Positions 47,079 to 55,612 of a stretch of DNA of 64,000 bases are shown here, piece after piece. The DNA comes from an uncultured Actinomycetes bacterium. GTDB lineage: Bacteria > Actinomycetota > Actinomycetes > Streptosporangiales > Streptosporangiaceae. The DNA lies in assembly GCA_963835775.1 (NCBI GenBank), contig CAWIHB010000012.1:13702-77701 (forward strand). The letters run 5' to 3'. Each line of letters starts with the position of its first letter. Within the stretch, counting starts at the first letter, position 1. The notes beneath the pieces are model-generated. The model had not been told where the DNA came from. It did no database searches and saw nothing but the letters and a program-made list of their open reading frames with translations. The translations under genes and the position numbers were made by a program.

Positions 47079-47732
47079 ATGAGCCAGCATCTACCGCCCC
47101 GGCCTCCGGGGTCTGACGTACCGGGCCAGCCGCCCGGCGGCACAAATTATCCCGGCCCGTTGAACCGTCCGGCGCAGCCGGACGTTCTCCATGGTGTGCC
47201 AAACGCGGGAACCGCGCCCCGTTCAGGGCGGGTGGCTGACGAGGCCTTTGTCCGGGCACTGTATGCCGAACATGGTGGCGCCCTGCTTCGTTACGCCCTT
47301 CACCTCACGGGCGGAGACAGGCAGCGTGCGGAGGACCTTGTGCAGGAAACGATAGTGCGGGCCTGGCGCCATCCGGAGGCGCTCGCCGACCGGCCGGCCA
47401 GGCCGTGGCTGTTCGCCGTCGCGCGCAACCTCGCCGTCGATTCCTACCGCGCCCGCCAGGCCAGGCCGCCGGAAACCGGCCAGGCCGCACTCGAGGTGCT
47501 GCCGGCCGACGACGACGCCGACCGGACCCTGGAATCCTGGGCCGTCGCGGACGCGCTGGCGTCGCTGCGCCCCGATCACCGGCGGGTGATCGTGGAAACT
47601 TACTACCGCGGCTGCTCGGTGGCCGAGGCCGCCGCCACGCTGGGCATTCCCCCAGGTACGGTGAAATCGAGAACGTTTTACGCGCTGAAGGCACTCAAGC
47701 TGGCGCTGCAGGAACGAGGACTGGCGCCATGA
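47073..47732 (+). CDS. ECF sigma factor (SigL/SigE-like)
   Basis: AEDLVQETIVRAWRHPEAL...PWLFAVARNLAVDSYR (region 2), CSVAEAAATLGIPPGTVKSRTFYALKALK (region 4); Pro-rich N-terminal extension, start uncertain. Confidence 0.85.
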   Translation: MSMSQHLPPRPPGSDVPGQPPGGTNYPGPLNRPAQPDVLHGVPNAGTAPRSGRVADEAFVRALYAEHGGALLRYALHLTGGDRQRAEDLVQETIVRAWRHPEALADRPARPWLFAVARNLAVDSYRARQARPPETGQAALEVLPADDDADRTLESWAVADALASLRPDHRRVIVETYYRGCSVAEAAATLGIPPGTVKSRTFYALKALKLALQERGLAP

Positions 47733-48439
47733 TGCAAACCTGGGACTGCACCGAGGCCCGGCCGTCGCTGGGTGTGTACGTGCTCGGGGCCATCGATCCC
47801 GCCGAGCGCGGGCTGGTCGACGCGCACCTGCAGACCTGCCCGGACTGCCGGGACGAGCTGGCGGGCCTGGCCGGCCTGCCCGCCCTGCTGGCCCGGGTCG
47901 ACCCGGACGAGATCAGCCGGATCGGCGTCGGCGACGCCGTGGGCGCGGTCGGCAGCGACCAGCCGCCCACCGAACTGGTCGGCACCGTGCTCAACCTGGC
48001 CGAGGCCAGGCGGCGCAGGAACCGCTGGCGGTACCTGGCCGCGGCCGCCGCCGTGGTGGCGGTGGCGGGCGGGCTGTTCGGCGGCCTGCAGACGGCCACC
48101 TCCACCACCCACACGGTCCTCGTCGGGGCCGGGACCGGGACCTGGGAGACGGTGCAGGGCTCGAGCTCGCTCACCGGGGCCACGGCCACGGTCGCCTACG
48201 CCAAGGAACTGTGGGGCAACGCCTTCCAGGTGCTGGTGGACAACATCCCGCTGGGCACCACCTGCGAGCTGTGGGTCGTCCACCCGGACGGCACCCGCAC
48301 CGAGGTGGCCGCCTGGACCACGGCCAGGGACGAGGGGAAGGTCTGGTACGCAGGCTCGATGCCCAGCACCGGCAAGCCGATCAGCAGCTTCCAGATCACA
48401 GCGGACGGCTGGGTGCTGGTGACCGCCACGCCCACCTGA
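47729..48439 (+). CDS. anti-sigma factor (zf-HC2, single TM)
   Basis: ATGA overlap; HLQTCPDCRDELAGL (Hx3Cx2C), TM segment YLAAAAAVVAVAGGLFGGL. Confidence 0.85.
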   Translation: MMQTWDCTEARPSLGVYVLGAIDPAERGLVDAHLQTCPDCRDELAGLAGLPALLARVDPDEISRIGVGDAVGAVGSDQPPTELVGTVLNLAEARRRRNRWRYLAAAAAVVAVAGGLFGGLQTATSTTHTVLVGAGTGTWETVQGSSSLTGATATVAYAKELWGNAFQVLVDNIPLGTTCELWVVHPDGTRTEVAAWTTARDEGKVWYAGSMPSTGKPISSFQITADGWVLVTATPT

Positions 48440-48472
48440 CCCCCGGCCATCCACCGGCGTTCCCCGGCGGGA

Positions 48473-48982
48473 ATGGATGACGGCGCGTCAGCGCTGTCCA
48501 TGGGCGTGACTGGCGGGCTGATTGCGCTGGCCGCGGTACTGGCCGTGGCGACCCTCGTGGGCTTGGTGCTGCGGCGCCGGGCCGGGCGATTCCGGACCGC
48601 CTCGCCTGGTGCGGCAGCGGCCGGGACGGCAGCGGCCGGGGCGGAGGCGCTGACCGAAGCCGACCTGGGCCGGGCCCTGGGCGAGCGGGCCACCCTGGTC
48701 CAGTTCTCCACCGAGTTCTGCGCGCCGTGCCGGCCCACCCGGCAGATCCTGGCCCAGGTCGCGGGCGGCCTGGCCGGCGTGACCCACGTCGAGATCGACG
48801 CCGCGGACCGGCTGGACCTGGTCCGGCGGCTGCGCATCAACAGCACCCCCACCGTGCTCGTGCTCGGCCCGGACGGCGTCATCACCCAGCGCGCCACCGG
48901 CCTGCCGCGCCAGGCCGACGTGATCGCCGCGCTCGGATCGGTGCTCGAGCCCGCCAACCTTGACCAGTTTGGCCGGAAATGA
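48473..48982 (+). CDS. membrane-anchored thioredoxin-like protein
   Basis: N-terminal TM, FSTEFCAPCRP (CxxC), INSTPTVLVLG. Confidence 0.8.
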   Translation: MDDGASALSMGVTGGLIALAAVLAVATLVGLVLRRRAGRFRTASPGAAAAGTAAAGAEALTEADLGRALGERATLVQFSTEFCAPCRPTRQILAQVAGGLAGVTHVEIDAADRLDLVRRLRINSTPTVLVLGPDGVITQRATGLPRQADVIAALGSVLEPANLDQFGRK

Positions 48983-49044
48983 CGGGCATGCGACCTGGCG
49001 GGGAAGTGACAGCCGGACTTAGCCCGAATAGCATCAAGTTCGTG

Positions 49045-49134
49045 ATGTCTCCGGCCGCGCAGACGCTGACCAAGCGGCGCGCCGTCGATTTCTGCCACGT
49101 CGCCACCGCCATCTGTCCGCCTGCGGTGCCGTAA
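49045..49134 (+). CDS. putative Cys-containing leader peptide, 29 aa (below the ORF-track cutoff)
   Basis: Own translation MSPAAQTLTKRRAVDFCHVATAICPPAVP. The LTxRRxVDxxxVxxxxC pattern matches my recollection of actinomycete 'putative leader peptide' annotations. Confidence 0.45.
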   Translation: MSPAAQTLTKRRAVDFCHVATAICPPAVP

Positions 49135-49200
49135 TCCCCGGAGTTCGTCGCGCCGCGCAGCGCAGACGGCTCGACCCCGGGGGAGGACAGCCAGCTCAGT

Positions 49201-49312
49201 GCTAACCAGATTGGGCTAACCAGATTGGGCTAACCAGATTGGGCCAACCAGATGGGGCCAACCAGATGGGGCCAACCAGATGGGGCCAACCAGATGGGGC
49301 CAACCAGATGGG
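49201..49312. repeat. 14-bp tandem array x8 (3x gctaaccagattgg + 5x gccaaccagatggg)
   Basis: Perfect head-to-tail units every 14 bp from 49201; ends 10 bp before the DUF4395 start. Confidence 0.95.
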
Positions 49313-49322
49313 GCGGAGGAAC

Positions 49323-49751
49323 ATGACCATGGACATCGACCCGCGCGGGCCCAGGTTCGGGGCCGTCATCACCACTGTCGTCCTGGCCGTGGTGCTCATC
49401 ACCGGCAGTGCCGCTCTGCTGGGCGCGCAGCTGCTGATATTCGCCATCGGTGCCCTGGCCGGGCTGCGGTACGCGCCGTACGGCCTGGTGTACCGCTACC
49501 TGGTCCGGCCCCGGCTCGGCCCGCCCGCCCACACCGAGCCGGAAGCCCCGCCGCGGTTCTCCCAGGGCATGGGCATGGTCTTCGCCCTGGGCGGCGTGCT
49601 GGGCTACGCCACCGGCGGCACGCTCGTCGGCATCGTGTTCACCGCGCTCTGCCTGGCCGCCGCGTTCCTGTCCGCCGCCTTCGATCTTTGCCTGGGCTGC
49701 CAGGTTTACCTGTTCATCCAGCGGAACCTAAGGGTCCGGCCGTCCGCCTAG
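49323..49751 (+). CDS. DUF4395 domain membrane protein
   Basis: ggagga RBS + ATG 49323; MTMDIDPRGPRFGAVITTVVLAVVLI...AAFDLCLGCQVYLF. Confidence 0.8.
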   Translation: MTMDIDPRGPRFGAVITTVVLAVVLITGSAALLGAQLLIFAIGALAGLRYAPYGLVYRYLVRPRLGPPAHTEPEAPPRFSQGMGMVFALGGVLGYATGGTLVGIVFTALCLAAAFLSAAFDLCLGCQVYLFIQRNLRVRPSA

Positions 49752-49780
49752 CGGCAGCCGGAAAAGGAGGAAATTCCACC

Positions 49781-50623
49781 ATGAGCCGTTCCGACGTCCT
49801 GGTAGACGCCGACTGGGCCGAGGCCCATATCGGTGACCCCCACGTCGTCATCGTGGAGGTTGACGAAGACACCAGCGCCTACGACAAGGGCCACATCCCG
49901 GGCGCGGTCAAGATCGACTGGAAGAAGGACCTGCAGGACCCGGTCCGCCGCGACTTCGTGGACAAGACGGGCTTCGAGGCGCTGCTGTCCGAGCGCGGCA
50001 TCGCCAACGACGACACCGTGCTGCTCTACGGCGGCAACAACAACTGGTTCGCGGCGTACGCCTACTGGTACTTCCGGCTGTACGGGCACGACCAGGTGCT
50101 GCTGCTCGACGGGGGCCGCAAGAAGTGGGAGCTCGACTCCCGCGAGCTGAGCACCGACGTGCCGTCCCGGCCGAAGACCAGCTACACCGCCACCGAGCAG
50201 GACCGCTCGCTGCGCGCGCTGCGCGACGAGGTCCTCGACGCCATCGGCAAGCGCAACCTGGTCGACGTCCGGTCACCTGACGAGTTCACCGGGCGGCTGC
50301 TGGCCCCGGCCCACCTCCCGCAGGAGCAGGCCCAGCGGGCCGGGCACATTCCCACCGCCCGCAACGTGCCCTGGTCCAAGGCCGCCAACGAGGACGGCAC
50401 GTTCCGCTCCGACGACGAGCTCCGCCAGCTGTACCAGGGCGAGGCGGGCCTGGACTTCGGCAAGGACACCATCGCCTACTGCCGGATCGGCGAGCGCTCG
50501 GCGCACACCTGGTTCGTGCTGCACGAGCTGCTCGGGCTGGCCAACGTCAAGAACTACGACGGATCCTGGACCGAGTACGGTTCGCTGGTGGGCGTGCCGA
50601 TCGAGCTGGGTGAGGCCCGGTGA
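49781..50623 (+). CDS. sseA: thiosulfate sulfurtransferase (tandem rhodanese)
   Basis: aaggagg RBS + ATG 49781; active-site loop YCRIGERSAHTW (CRxGxR[ST]). Confidence 0.9.
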   Translation: MSRSDVLVDADWAEAHIGDPHVVIVEVDEDTSAYDKGHIPGAVKIDWKKDLQDPVRRDFVDKTGFEALLSERGIANDDTVLLYGGNNNWFAAYAYWYFRLYGHDQVLLLDGGRKKWELDSRELSTDVPSRPKTSYTATEQDRSLRALRDEVLDAIGKRNLVDVRSPDEFTGRLLAPAHLPQEQAQRAGHIPTARNVPWSKAANEDGTFRSDDELRQLYQGEAGLDFGKDTIAYCRIGERSAHTWFVLHELLGLANVKNYDGSWTEYGSLVGVPIELGEAR

Positions 50624-50925
50624 CGGCCGACGGCTGCGGCGCGCCGGCCGGCGGGGTCAGCGCGTCCGCCGCGGCAGGCAACCAGGCCGTGGTGGAAGGC
50701 AAGGTCACCCGCGAGGGCGCCGCGGTGTCTACCGGGTACGCCCGGCTGCTCGGCACCGGCGATGAGTTCGTGGCCGAGGTCCCGCTCGGCTCCGACGGCG
50801 GCTTCCGGTTCTTCGCCGCCCCGGGCGCGTGGACGCTGCGCGTGCTCGCTCCCGGCGGGCTGCGGGCCGAGCGCTCCGTCGAGGCCGGCTACGGCCAGGT
50901 CACGAAGGCCGACGTCGCCATCTGA
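50620..50925 (+). CDS. DUF1416 domain protein (rhodanese-associated)
   Basis: GTGA overlap with sseA; VEGKVTREGAAVSTGYARLL...GGFRFFAAPGAWTLRVLAPGG. Confidence 0.8.
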   Translation: MTADGCGAPAGGVSASAAAGNQAVVEGKVTREGAAVSTGYARLLGTGDEFVAEVPLGSDGGFRFFAAPGAWTLRVLAPGGLRAERSVEAGYGQVTKADVAI

Positions 50926-51469
50926 CCCGGTCACCATCTGACCCGGTCAGCCGCGAAAGGGCGCGGCCACCACATATACGGCGGCCGCGCCCTTTTCCCT
51001 GGCCGAACGGACCGCGGCCGTGGCCACGAACCGGTAGCCGGGCGGCCTTGCCGCCGTGAACTCCGGCCAGCGCCGACGCCGGGGCCGGTGCGTCAGCCTC
51101 GGCTCCAACATGGGAGTGACATAACAGGTCCAGGAACGCGCGCAGGATGCGCCGCACTGCGGCCAGCTCGTCCGACGTGACGGCGCCAAGACGGCGGTCA
51201 AGACGCTGATATGCCACGGCCCGGGCGTCTTCGGGCCGGGTGTAGGAGGGAAGCTTGCTCAACCCGGACGATTGCGACGCGATCGGTATCTGATGACGGA
51301 GGCCGCGGTCCCGGCTCGTGACGGGTACCACGAAGACGACCGCGTGCGGTAGCGCCAGGTGCAGGGGCCCGGAAACGATGACCACCGGGCGGTGGCCAGC
51401 CTGTTCCGACCCGATGACCGGATTCAGGTCGGCCAGCCAGACATCGCCAGGACGCAGCGGTGGGCTCAC
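50900..51469 (-). CDS. mazF: PemK/MazF family toxin with an atypical about 74-aa C-terminal run-on
   Basis: MSPPLRPGDVWLADLNPVIGSEQAGHRPVVIVS...VVPVTSRDRGL...; the domain ends near residue 115, but the ORF continues through the sseA terminator to 50900. Confidence 0.75.
   Translation of the reverse strand: MSPPLRPGDVWLADLNPVIGSEQAGHRPVVIVSGPLHLALPHAVVFVVPVTSRDRGLRHQIPIASQSSGLSKLPSYTRPEDARAVAYQRLDRRLGAVTSDELAAVRRILRAFLDLLCHSHVGAEADAPAPASALAGVHGGKAARLPVRGHGRGPFGQGKGRGRRICGGRALSRLTGSDGDRVRWRRRPS
50918..50949. repeat. 16-bp tandem duplication ccatctgacccggtca x2
   Basis: Units 50918-50933 and 50934-50949. The first contains the TGA (50923-50925) of the DUF1416 gene. Confidence 0.9.
50956..50996 (+). 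terminator. rho-independent terminator of the sseA operon
   Basis: aaagggcgcggcc (50956-50968) pairs with ggccgcgcccttt (50983-50995), followed by a T run. Confidence 0.7.
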
Positions 51470-51717
51470 TCGTCGTCCAGCCCCTCACCTGCGGTGTGAT
51501 CCCATTCGGCCAGCTCGTTCACGTAATCCCCCCACTCCTGCGGATCGGCCTGCAGCCGCGCGTAGTCCGCCCGGACGCCCGCCCAGAACCGGGCCTCCTC
51601 GGCCCGGTCGAGAGTCCGGGCGAGCTCGGCGTCCATCGTGAGATGGTCTTCGTCCGCGAGCCTTTTGAGCCTGTCGCGTGTCTGCACGGAGACCTTGATG
51701 GTAGTCATTTCGGTCAT
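51466..51717 (-). CDS. ribbon-helix-helix antitoxin (MazE-like)
   Basis: ATG checked at 51717; MTEMTTIKVSVQTRDRLKRLADEDHLTMDAELA...; its stop overlaps the mazF GTG (GTGA). Confidence 0.75.
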   Translation of the reverse strand: MTEMTTIKVSVQTRDRLKRLADEDHLTMDAELARTLDRAEEARFWAGVRADYARLQADPQEWGDYVNELAEWDHTAGEGLDDE

Positions 51718-51797
51718 ACTCAAAGTATACCGGCCTTGGCTTGCCGTGCTCGCTGCTATCGCGCCATCCCCGGCCGGTTGCGCGGCAGGCGACCGGG

Positions 51798-52475
51798 TCA
51801 AGAGACGGCCGCCAGGCGTGGTGCCAGGCGCCCGACGCGATCGGCTAGCTGAGCCAGTGCCGCGTCGAAGCTGCCCGGGTCGCCGGCCGGCACCGGGTCC
51901 GGGATAGACCAGTGCACGGCCGTGGCCTCGGCGAGTTCCTCATGGGCCAGGTCGCAGACCGTGACCACGAGGTCGCCCTCGTGCCGGACCTCGCTGATAT
52001 GGCGGGGCCGCAGCCGGGGCAGCGCCAAGAGGTGGCGTCCGGCGGCGGCGATCGCGCCGGGATCGATCGCCGCCGCCGGATGCGTGCCCGCCGATACCGC
52101 CGGGACAGTGCTGGCCTGGCGCCACAGCGCGGCGGCCAGGTGCGAGCGCGCCGAGTTGGCAGTGCACACGAACAGCACCCGCAGCGCCGCGCGGGCCGCC
52201 GGGGGGGCCAGCGAGTCCAGGGCGCCAGGGATCAGCTGAAGGTAGGTGCGGCGGCGGTCGCCTTCAGACCGGCGGCGGGTGATGATCCCGGCTTGTTCCA
52301 GCACGTTCAGGTGGTGCGCGAGCAGGTTGGACGGCATGGCCAGCATGGCGGCCAGCTCGGAGGGGGACGCGTCCCCCGCCAGCAACGTATCGGTGATCTG
52401 CAGCCGGGCCAGGTCGGCCAGCGCGGCGTGCATGATGACGCGTCGGGCCAGGTCTGAGGTTCGATCATCAGGCAT
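51798..52475 (-). CDS. ArsR-family regulator fused to an LMW-PTPase-type arsenate reductase
   Basis: PSELAAMLAMPSNLLAHHLNVLEQAGIITRRRSEGDRRRTY (ArsR HTH) + VLFVCTANSARSHLAAAL (CX5R[ST] P-loop); ATG 52475. Confidence 0.8.
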   Translation of the reverse strand: MPDDRTSDLARRVIMHAALADLARLQITDTLLAGDASPSELAAMLAMPSNLLAHHLNVLEQAGIITRRRSEGDRRRTYLQLIPGALDSLAPPAARAALRVLFVCTANSARSHLAAALWRQASTVPAVSAGTHPAAAIDPGAIAAAGRHLLALPRLRPRHISEVRHEGDLVVTVCDLAHEELAEATAVHWSIPDPVPAGDPGSFDAALAQLADRVGRLAPRLAAVS

Positions 52476-52482
52476 TGACTCA

Positions 52483-52514
52483 ATCTTGACTGAGCTGTCG
52501 TCCTCTGTCAAGAT
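52483..52514. promoter_or_regulatory. inverted repeat atcttgac-N16-gtcaagat in the divergent ars promoter (candidate ArsR operator)
   Basis: 8-bp perfect arms at 52483-52490 and 52507-52514, between the arsR-arsC start (52475) and the aquaporin start (52521). Confidence 0.5.
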
Positions 52515-52520
52515 GGCGGC

Positions 52521-53315
52521 GTGACCAGTGCACCCGTCCTGCTGTGGCGTCGGCTGCTGGCCGAGTTCCTGGGCAGCGCGTTCCTGGCCGCGGTGGTGAT
52601 CGGCTCGGGGATCGCCGCGCAGCGGCTGTCCCCAGGTCAGACCGGTCTGGAGTTGCTAGAGAACGCGGCGGCGACGGCGGCCGGGCTGTTCACGATCATC
52701 CTCATGTTCGGCCCCGTTTCCGGCGGCCACTTCAACCCGGTGGTGTCCTTCGTCGATGCCGGCTTCGGCGGGCTGTCCTGGCGGGACGCCGCGGCGTACC
52801 TCCCGGCCCAGGTGGCCGGATGCATCGGCGGGGCAGTCCTGGCAAACCTGATGTTCGCCCTGCCCGCGGTCACCATTTCGACCAAGCACCGGGCCACGCC
52901 TGCCCACTTCCTGTCGGAGATCATCGCCACCATCGGCCTGCTGCTGGTGATCTTCGCGCTGGCCCGGTCCGGGCGCAGCCGGTCCGCTCCCGCGGCGGTG
53001 GGTGCCTACATCGGCGCGGCGTACTGGTTCACCTCCTCCACCAGCTTCGCCAACCCGGCCATCACCATCGGCCGGATGTTCTCGAACACCTTCGCGGGCA
53101 TCGCCCCGTCCTCGGCACCCAGCTTCATCGGCGCCCAGGTCGTCGGCGGCGTCCTGGCCGTCGGGATCATCAAGGCGCTGTATCCCGCCATCACGCCGGA
53201 AGACGCCGCCGGCATCATCGTCCCCCACAGCGACGGTCGGGCGCGGTCCGGGGCTGGATACGACGGCGCCTTGCCGGGCCGGGACCGGCCGCCCGGCCCG
53301 GTCCAGTCTCATTGA
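52521..53315 (+). CDS. MIP/aquaglyceroporin family channel (AqpS-like, arsenite context)
   Basis: GTG 52521; GGHFNPVVSF (NPV) and SFANPAITIG (NPA) boxes. The last about 30 aa look foreign (fusion with the remnant downstream). Confidence 0.8.
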   Translation: MTSAPVLLWRRLLAEFLGSAFLAAVVIGSGIAAQRLSPGQTGLELLENAAATAAGLFTIILMFGPVSGGHFNPVVSFVDAGFGGLSWRDAAAYLPAQVAGCIGGAVLANLMFALPAVTISTKHRATPAHFLSEIIATIGLLLVIFALARSGRSRSAPAAVGAYIGAAYWFTSSTSFANPAITIGRMFSNTFAGIAPSSAPSFIGAQVVGGVLAVGIIKALYPAITPEDAAGIIVPHSDGRARSGAGYDGALPGRDRPPGPVQSH

Positions 53316-53348
53316 GCAGACAACCAGAGGGAGCCTGCCGGCGACGGG

Positions 53349-54346
53349 GTGCACCTGCTGCACTCGATGGGCGACACCTTCGCCGTCATAGTGACCCTGG
53401 AACAAGCCGCCCCGGCCAGCGCGGTCATCGTCGGCGCCGGGTACATCGGCCTGGAAATGGCCGACGCCCTGACCGTCCGCGGCCTGGCGGTCACCCAGAT
53501 GGAACAGCTTCCCGAGGTCCTGCCCACGGTCGACCCGGATCTGGGCGCGCTGGTCCACGCCGAGGTGGCCGGGCGCGGCGTCGAGGTGCTGACTGGCACC
53601 ACCGTCCAGGCCATCACCCGCGCCCCGGCAGCCCAGCCCAGGAGGCTGCACGTCCAGGCCACCGTCGCCGACGGCTCGGCCGTGACCCGCACGGCCGACA
53701 TGGTCCTGGTTGTAGTCGGCGTCCGCCCCGAGACCGCCCTGGCGGCCGACGCCGGGGCCACGCTCGGCGTCAAGGGCGCGATCACGGTCGACCGGATGAT
53801 GCGGACTAACTTGCCGGACGTGTTCGCGGCCGGGACTGCGTCATCACTCATCACCGGCTGCTTGGGGTGACCTACTTGCCGCTGGGCACCACCGCGCACA
53901 AACAGGGCCGGGTCGCCGGGGAGAACGCACTGGGCGGGAACCGGCAGTTCGCGGGCAGCCTCGGCACCCAGGTCGTGAAGATCTTCGACCAGGCAGTCGC
54001 CCGCACCGGGCTACGCGACCATGAAGCCGCCGCAGCCGGGTTCGACCCGGTCACCGTCAGCTCGCAGGCCGATGACCACAAGGCCTACTACCCCGGCAGC
54101 CACCGCATCGCCATGCGGGTCACCGGCGACTGCGGCACCGGCCAACTGCTGGGAGTGCAGCTGTTCGGCCACAAGCACGCCGAGATCGCCAAGCGGATCG
54201 ACATCGCCGCCACCGCGATCTTCCACCACATGACCGTCGATGCCGTCAGCGATCTCGACCTGTCCTACACCCCGGCGCTGGGCAGCCCCTGGGAAGCAGT
54301 CCAGATGGGCGCCCAGGCCTGGGTCCGGGCCAGTCAGCGGCGCTGA
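53349..54346 (+). pseudogene. pyridine nucleotide-disulfide oxidoreductase (CoA-disulfide-reductase-like), 5' truncated and frameshifted
   Basis: Starts at the NAD domain (SAVIVGAGYIGLEMADAL), with no FAD N-domain. AAG-DCV..THHRLLGVTYLPLGTTAHKQGR needs one extra g in the ggg run at 53832-53834. Confidence 0.7.
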
Positions 54347-54378
54347 TCCGCCCCGGATCTTCGAGCAGAGGAACAACC

Positions 54379-55512
54379 ATGTCAGCGCACAGCACAGGGC
54401 CCGGCCCACAGCCACACCACACAAGGCACCCCGCCATCATGGCAGCCGCTGCCGCGGTCATCCTCCTGGGCCTCGGCGCATGCAGCAGCACGACCATCGC
54501 GAGCACCGTGGCCAGCGCTGGCCCCAGCGGCGGGCCGGGCACCCTCATCGGGGCCGGTTCGACGTACGTCGCCCCGTTCTTCGCCCTGGCCTTCGCCCAA
54601 TACCACCAGCAGCACCCCGCCGTCACCGTGAACTACTCCGCCGTGGGCAGCAGCGCGGGCATCGCCGCGATCAGCGCCCAGCAGGTCGACTTCGGCGCCT
54701 CCGACGTGCCCATGAACGCCAGCGAACTCGCAGCCGCCAAAGCAGGCCCCATCACCCAGGTGCCCGACGCCCTGGGCGCCGAAGGCATCGCCTACAACCT
54801 GAACCTCCCCGCGGGCGCCCGGCTGCACCTGACCGGCCCCGTCCTCGCCGCCATCTACCTCGGGCAGATCACGCACTGGAACGACCCGGCCCTCACCGCG
54901 CTCAACCCGGGCATCACCCTCCCCAGCGCTTCGATCGCCGTCGTGCACCGCTCCGACGGCAGCGGCACCACCTACATCTTCAGCAACTACCTGTCCAGCG
55001 TCGATCCCACCTGGGCAGCCAAGGTCGGCACCGGCAAGACGCTGAGCTGGCCGGTCGGGGAGGGGGCCGAAGGCAACGGCAGTGTGACCTCCACGGTGTT
55101 CCGCACCCCCTTCTCCATCGGATACGTCGAGCAGGCCTACTCCCAGGGCCTGCTCCTGCCGTTCGCCGAAATCCGCAACCAGGCCGGGAACTACGTCCTC
55201 CCCTCCACCCAGACCATCGCCGCCGCCGCCGCCCAGAAACCCGTCATCACGCCCACCGACTTCTCCATCGTCAACCAGCCCGGCGCCACCAGCTACCCCA
55301 TCAGCGGATACAGCTGGGCACTGATCTACACCCGCCAGCCCAGCCAGGCCACCGGGCAGACTCTGGTCACCATGCTCGACTGGCTCACCCACGACGGCCA
55401 GGCCTACGCCGCCGCGAACCTCTACGTGCCCCTGCCCTCCCAGGTCCGGCAACTCGCCGTCACCATGCTCCAGCAGGTCACCGGCCCCACCGGGACACCG
55501 CTCCTGAGCTGA
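54379..55512 (+). CDS. pstS: phosphate ABC transporter substrate-binding lipoprotein PstS (paralogue 1)
   Basis: Lipobox LLGLGAC; GAGSTYVAPFF...GSSAGIAAISAQQVDFGASD...VVHRSDGSGTTYIF. Confidence 0.85.
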   Translation: MSAHSTGPGPQPHHTRHPAIMAAAAAVILLGLGACSSTTIASTVASAGPSGGPGTLIGAGSTYVAPFFALAFAQYHQQHPAVTVNYSAVGSSAGIAAISAQQVDFGASDVPMNASELAAAKAGPITQVPDALGAEGIAYNLNLPAGARLHLTGPVLAAIYLGQITHWNDPALTALNPGITLPSASIAVVHRSDGSGTTYIFSNYLSSVDPTWAAKVGTGKTLSWPVGEGAEGNGSVTSTVFRTPFSIGYVEQAYSQGLLLPFAEIRNQAGNYVLPSTQTIAAAAAQKPVITPTDFSIVNQPGATSYPISGYSWALIYTRQPSQATGQTLVTMLDWLTHDGQAYAAANLYVPLPSQVRQLAVTMLQQVTGPTGTPLLS

Positions 55513-55612
55513 ACGCGCCGCTACGAGCGTCCCGGTAGCCGCGTCCCGACCGGTGGCATTTGTTCACCTGCCGGACATGAACGCGGGGCGGGGCGGCCAC
55601 TAGGCTTGGCCT

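Noticed and set aside
49201-49312. Possible CRISPR array (regular short repeats)
   Set aside because: The units are contiguous 14-mers with no spacers, are far shorter than CRISPR repeats, and no cas genes are present. It is a plain tandem repeat.
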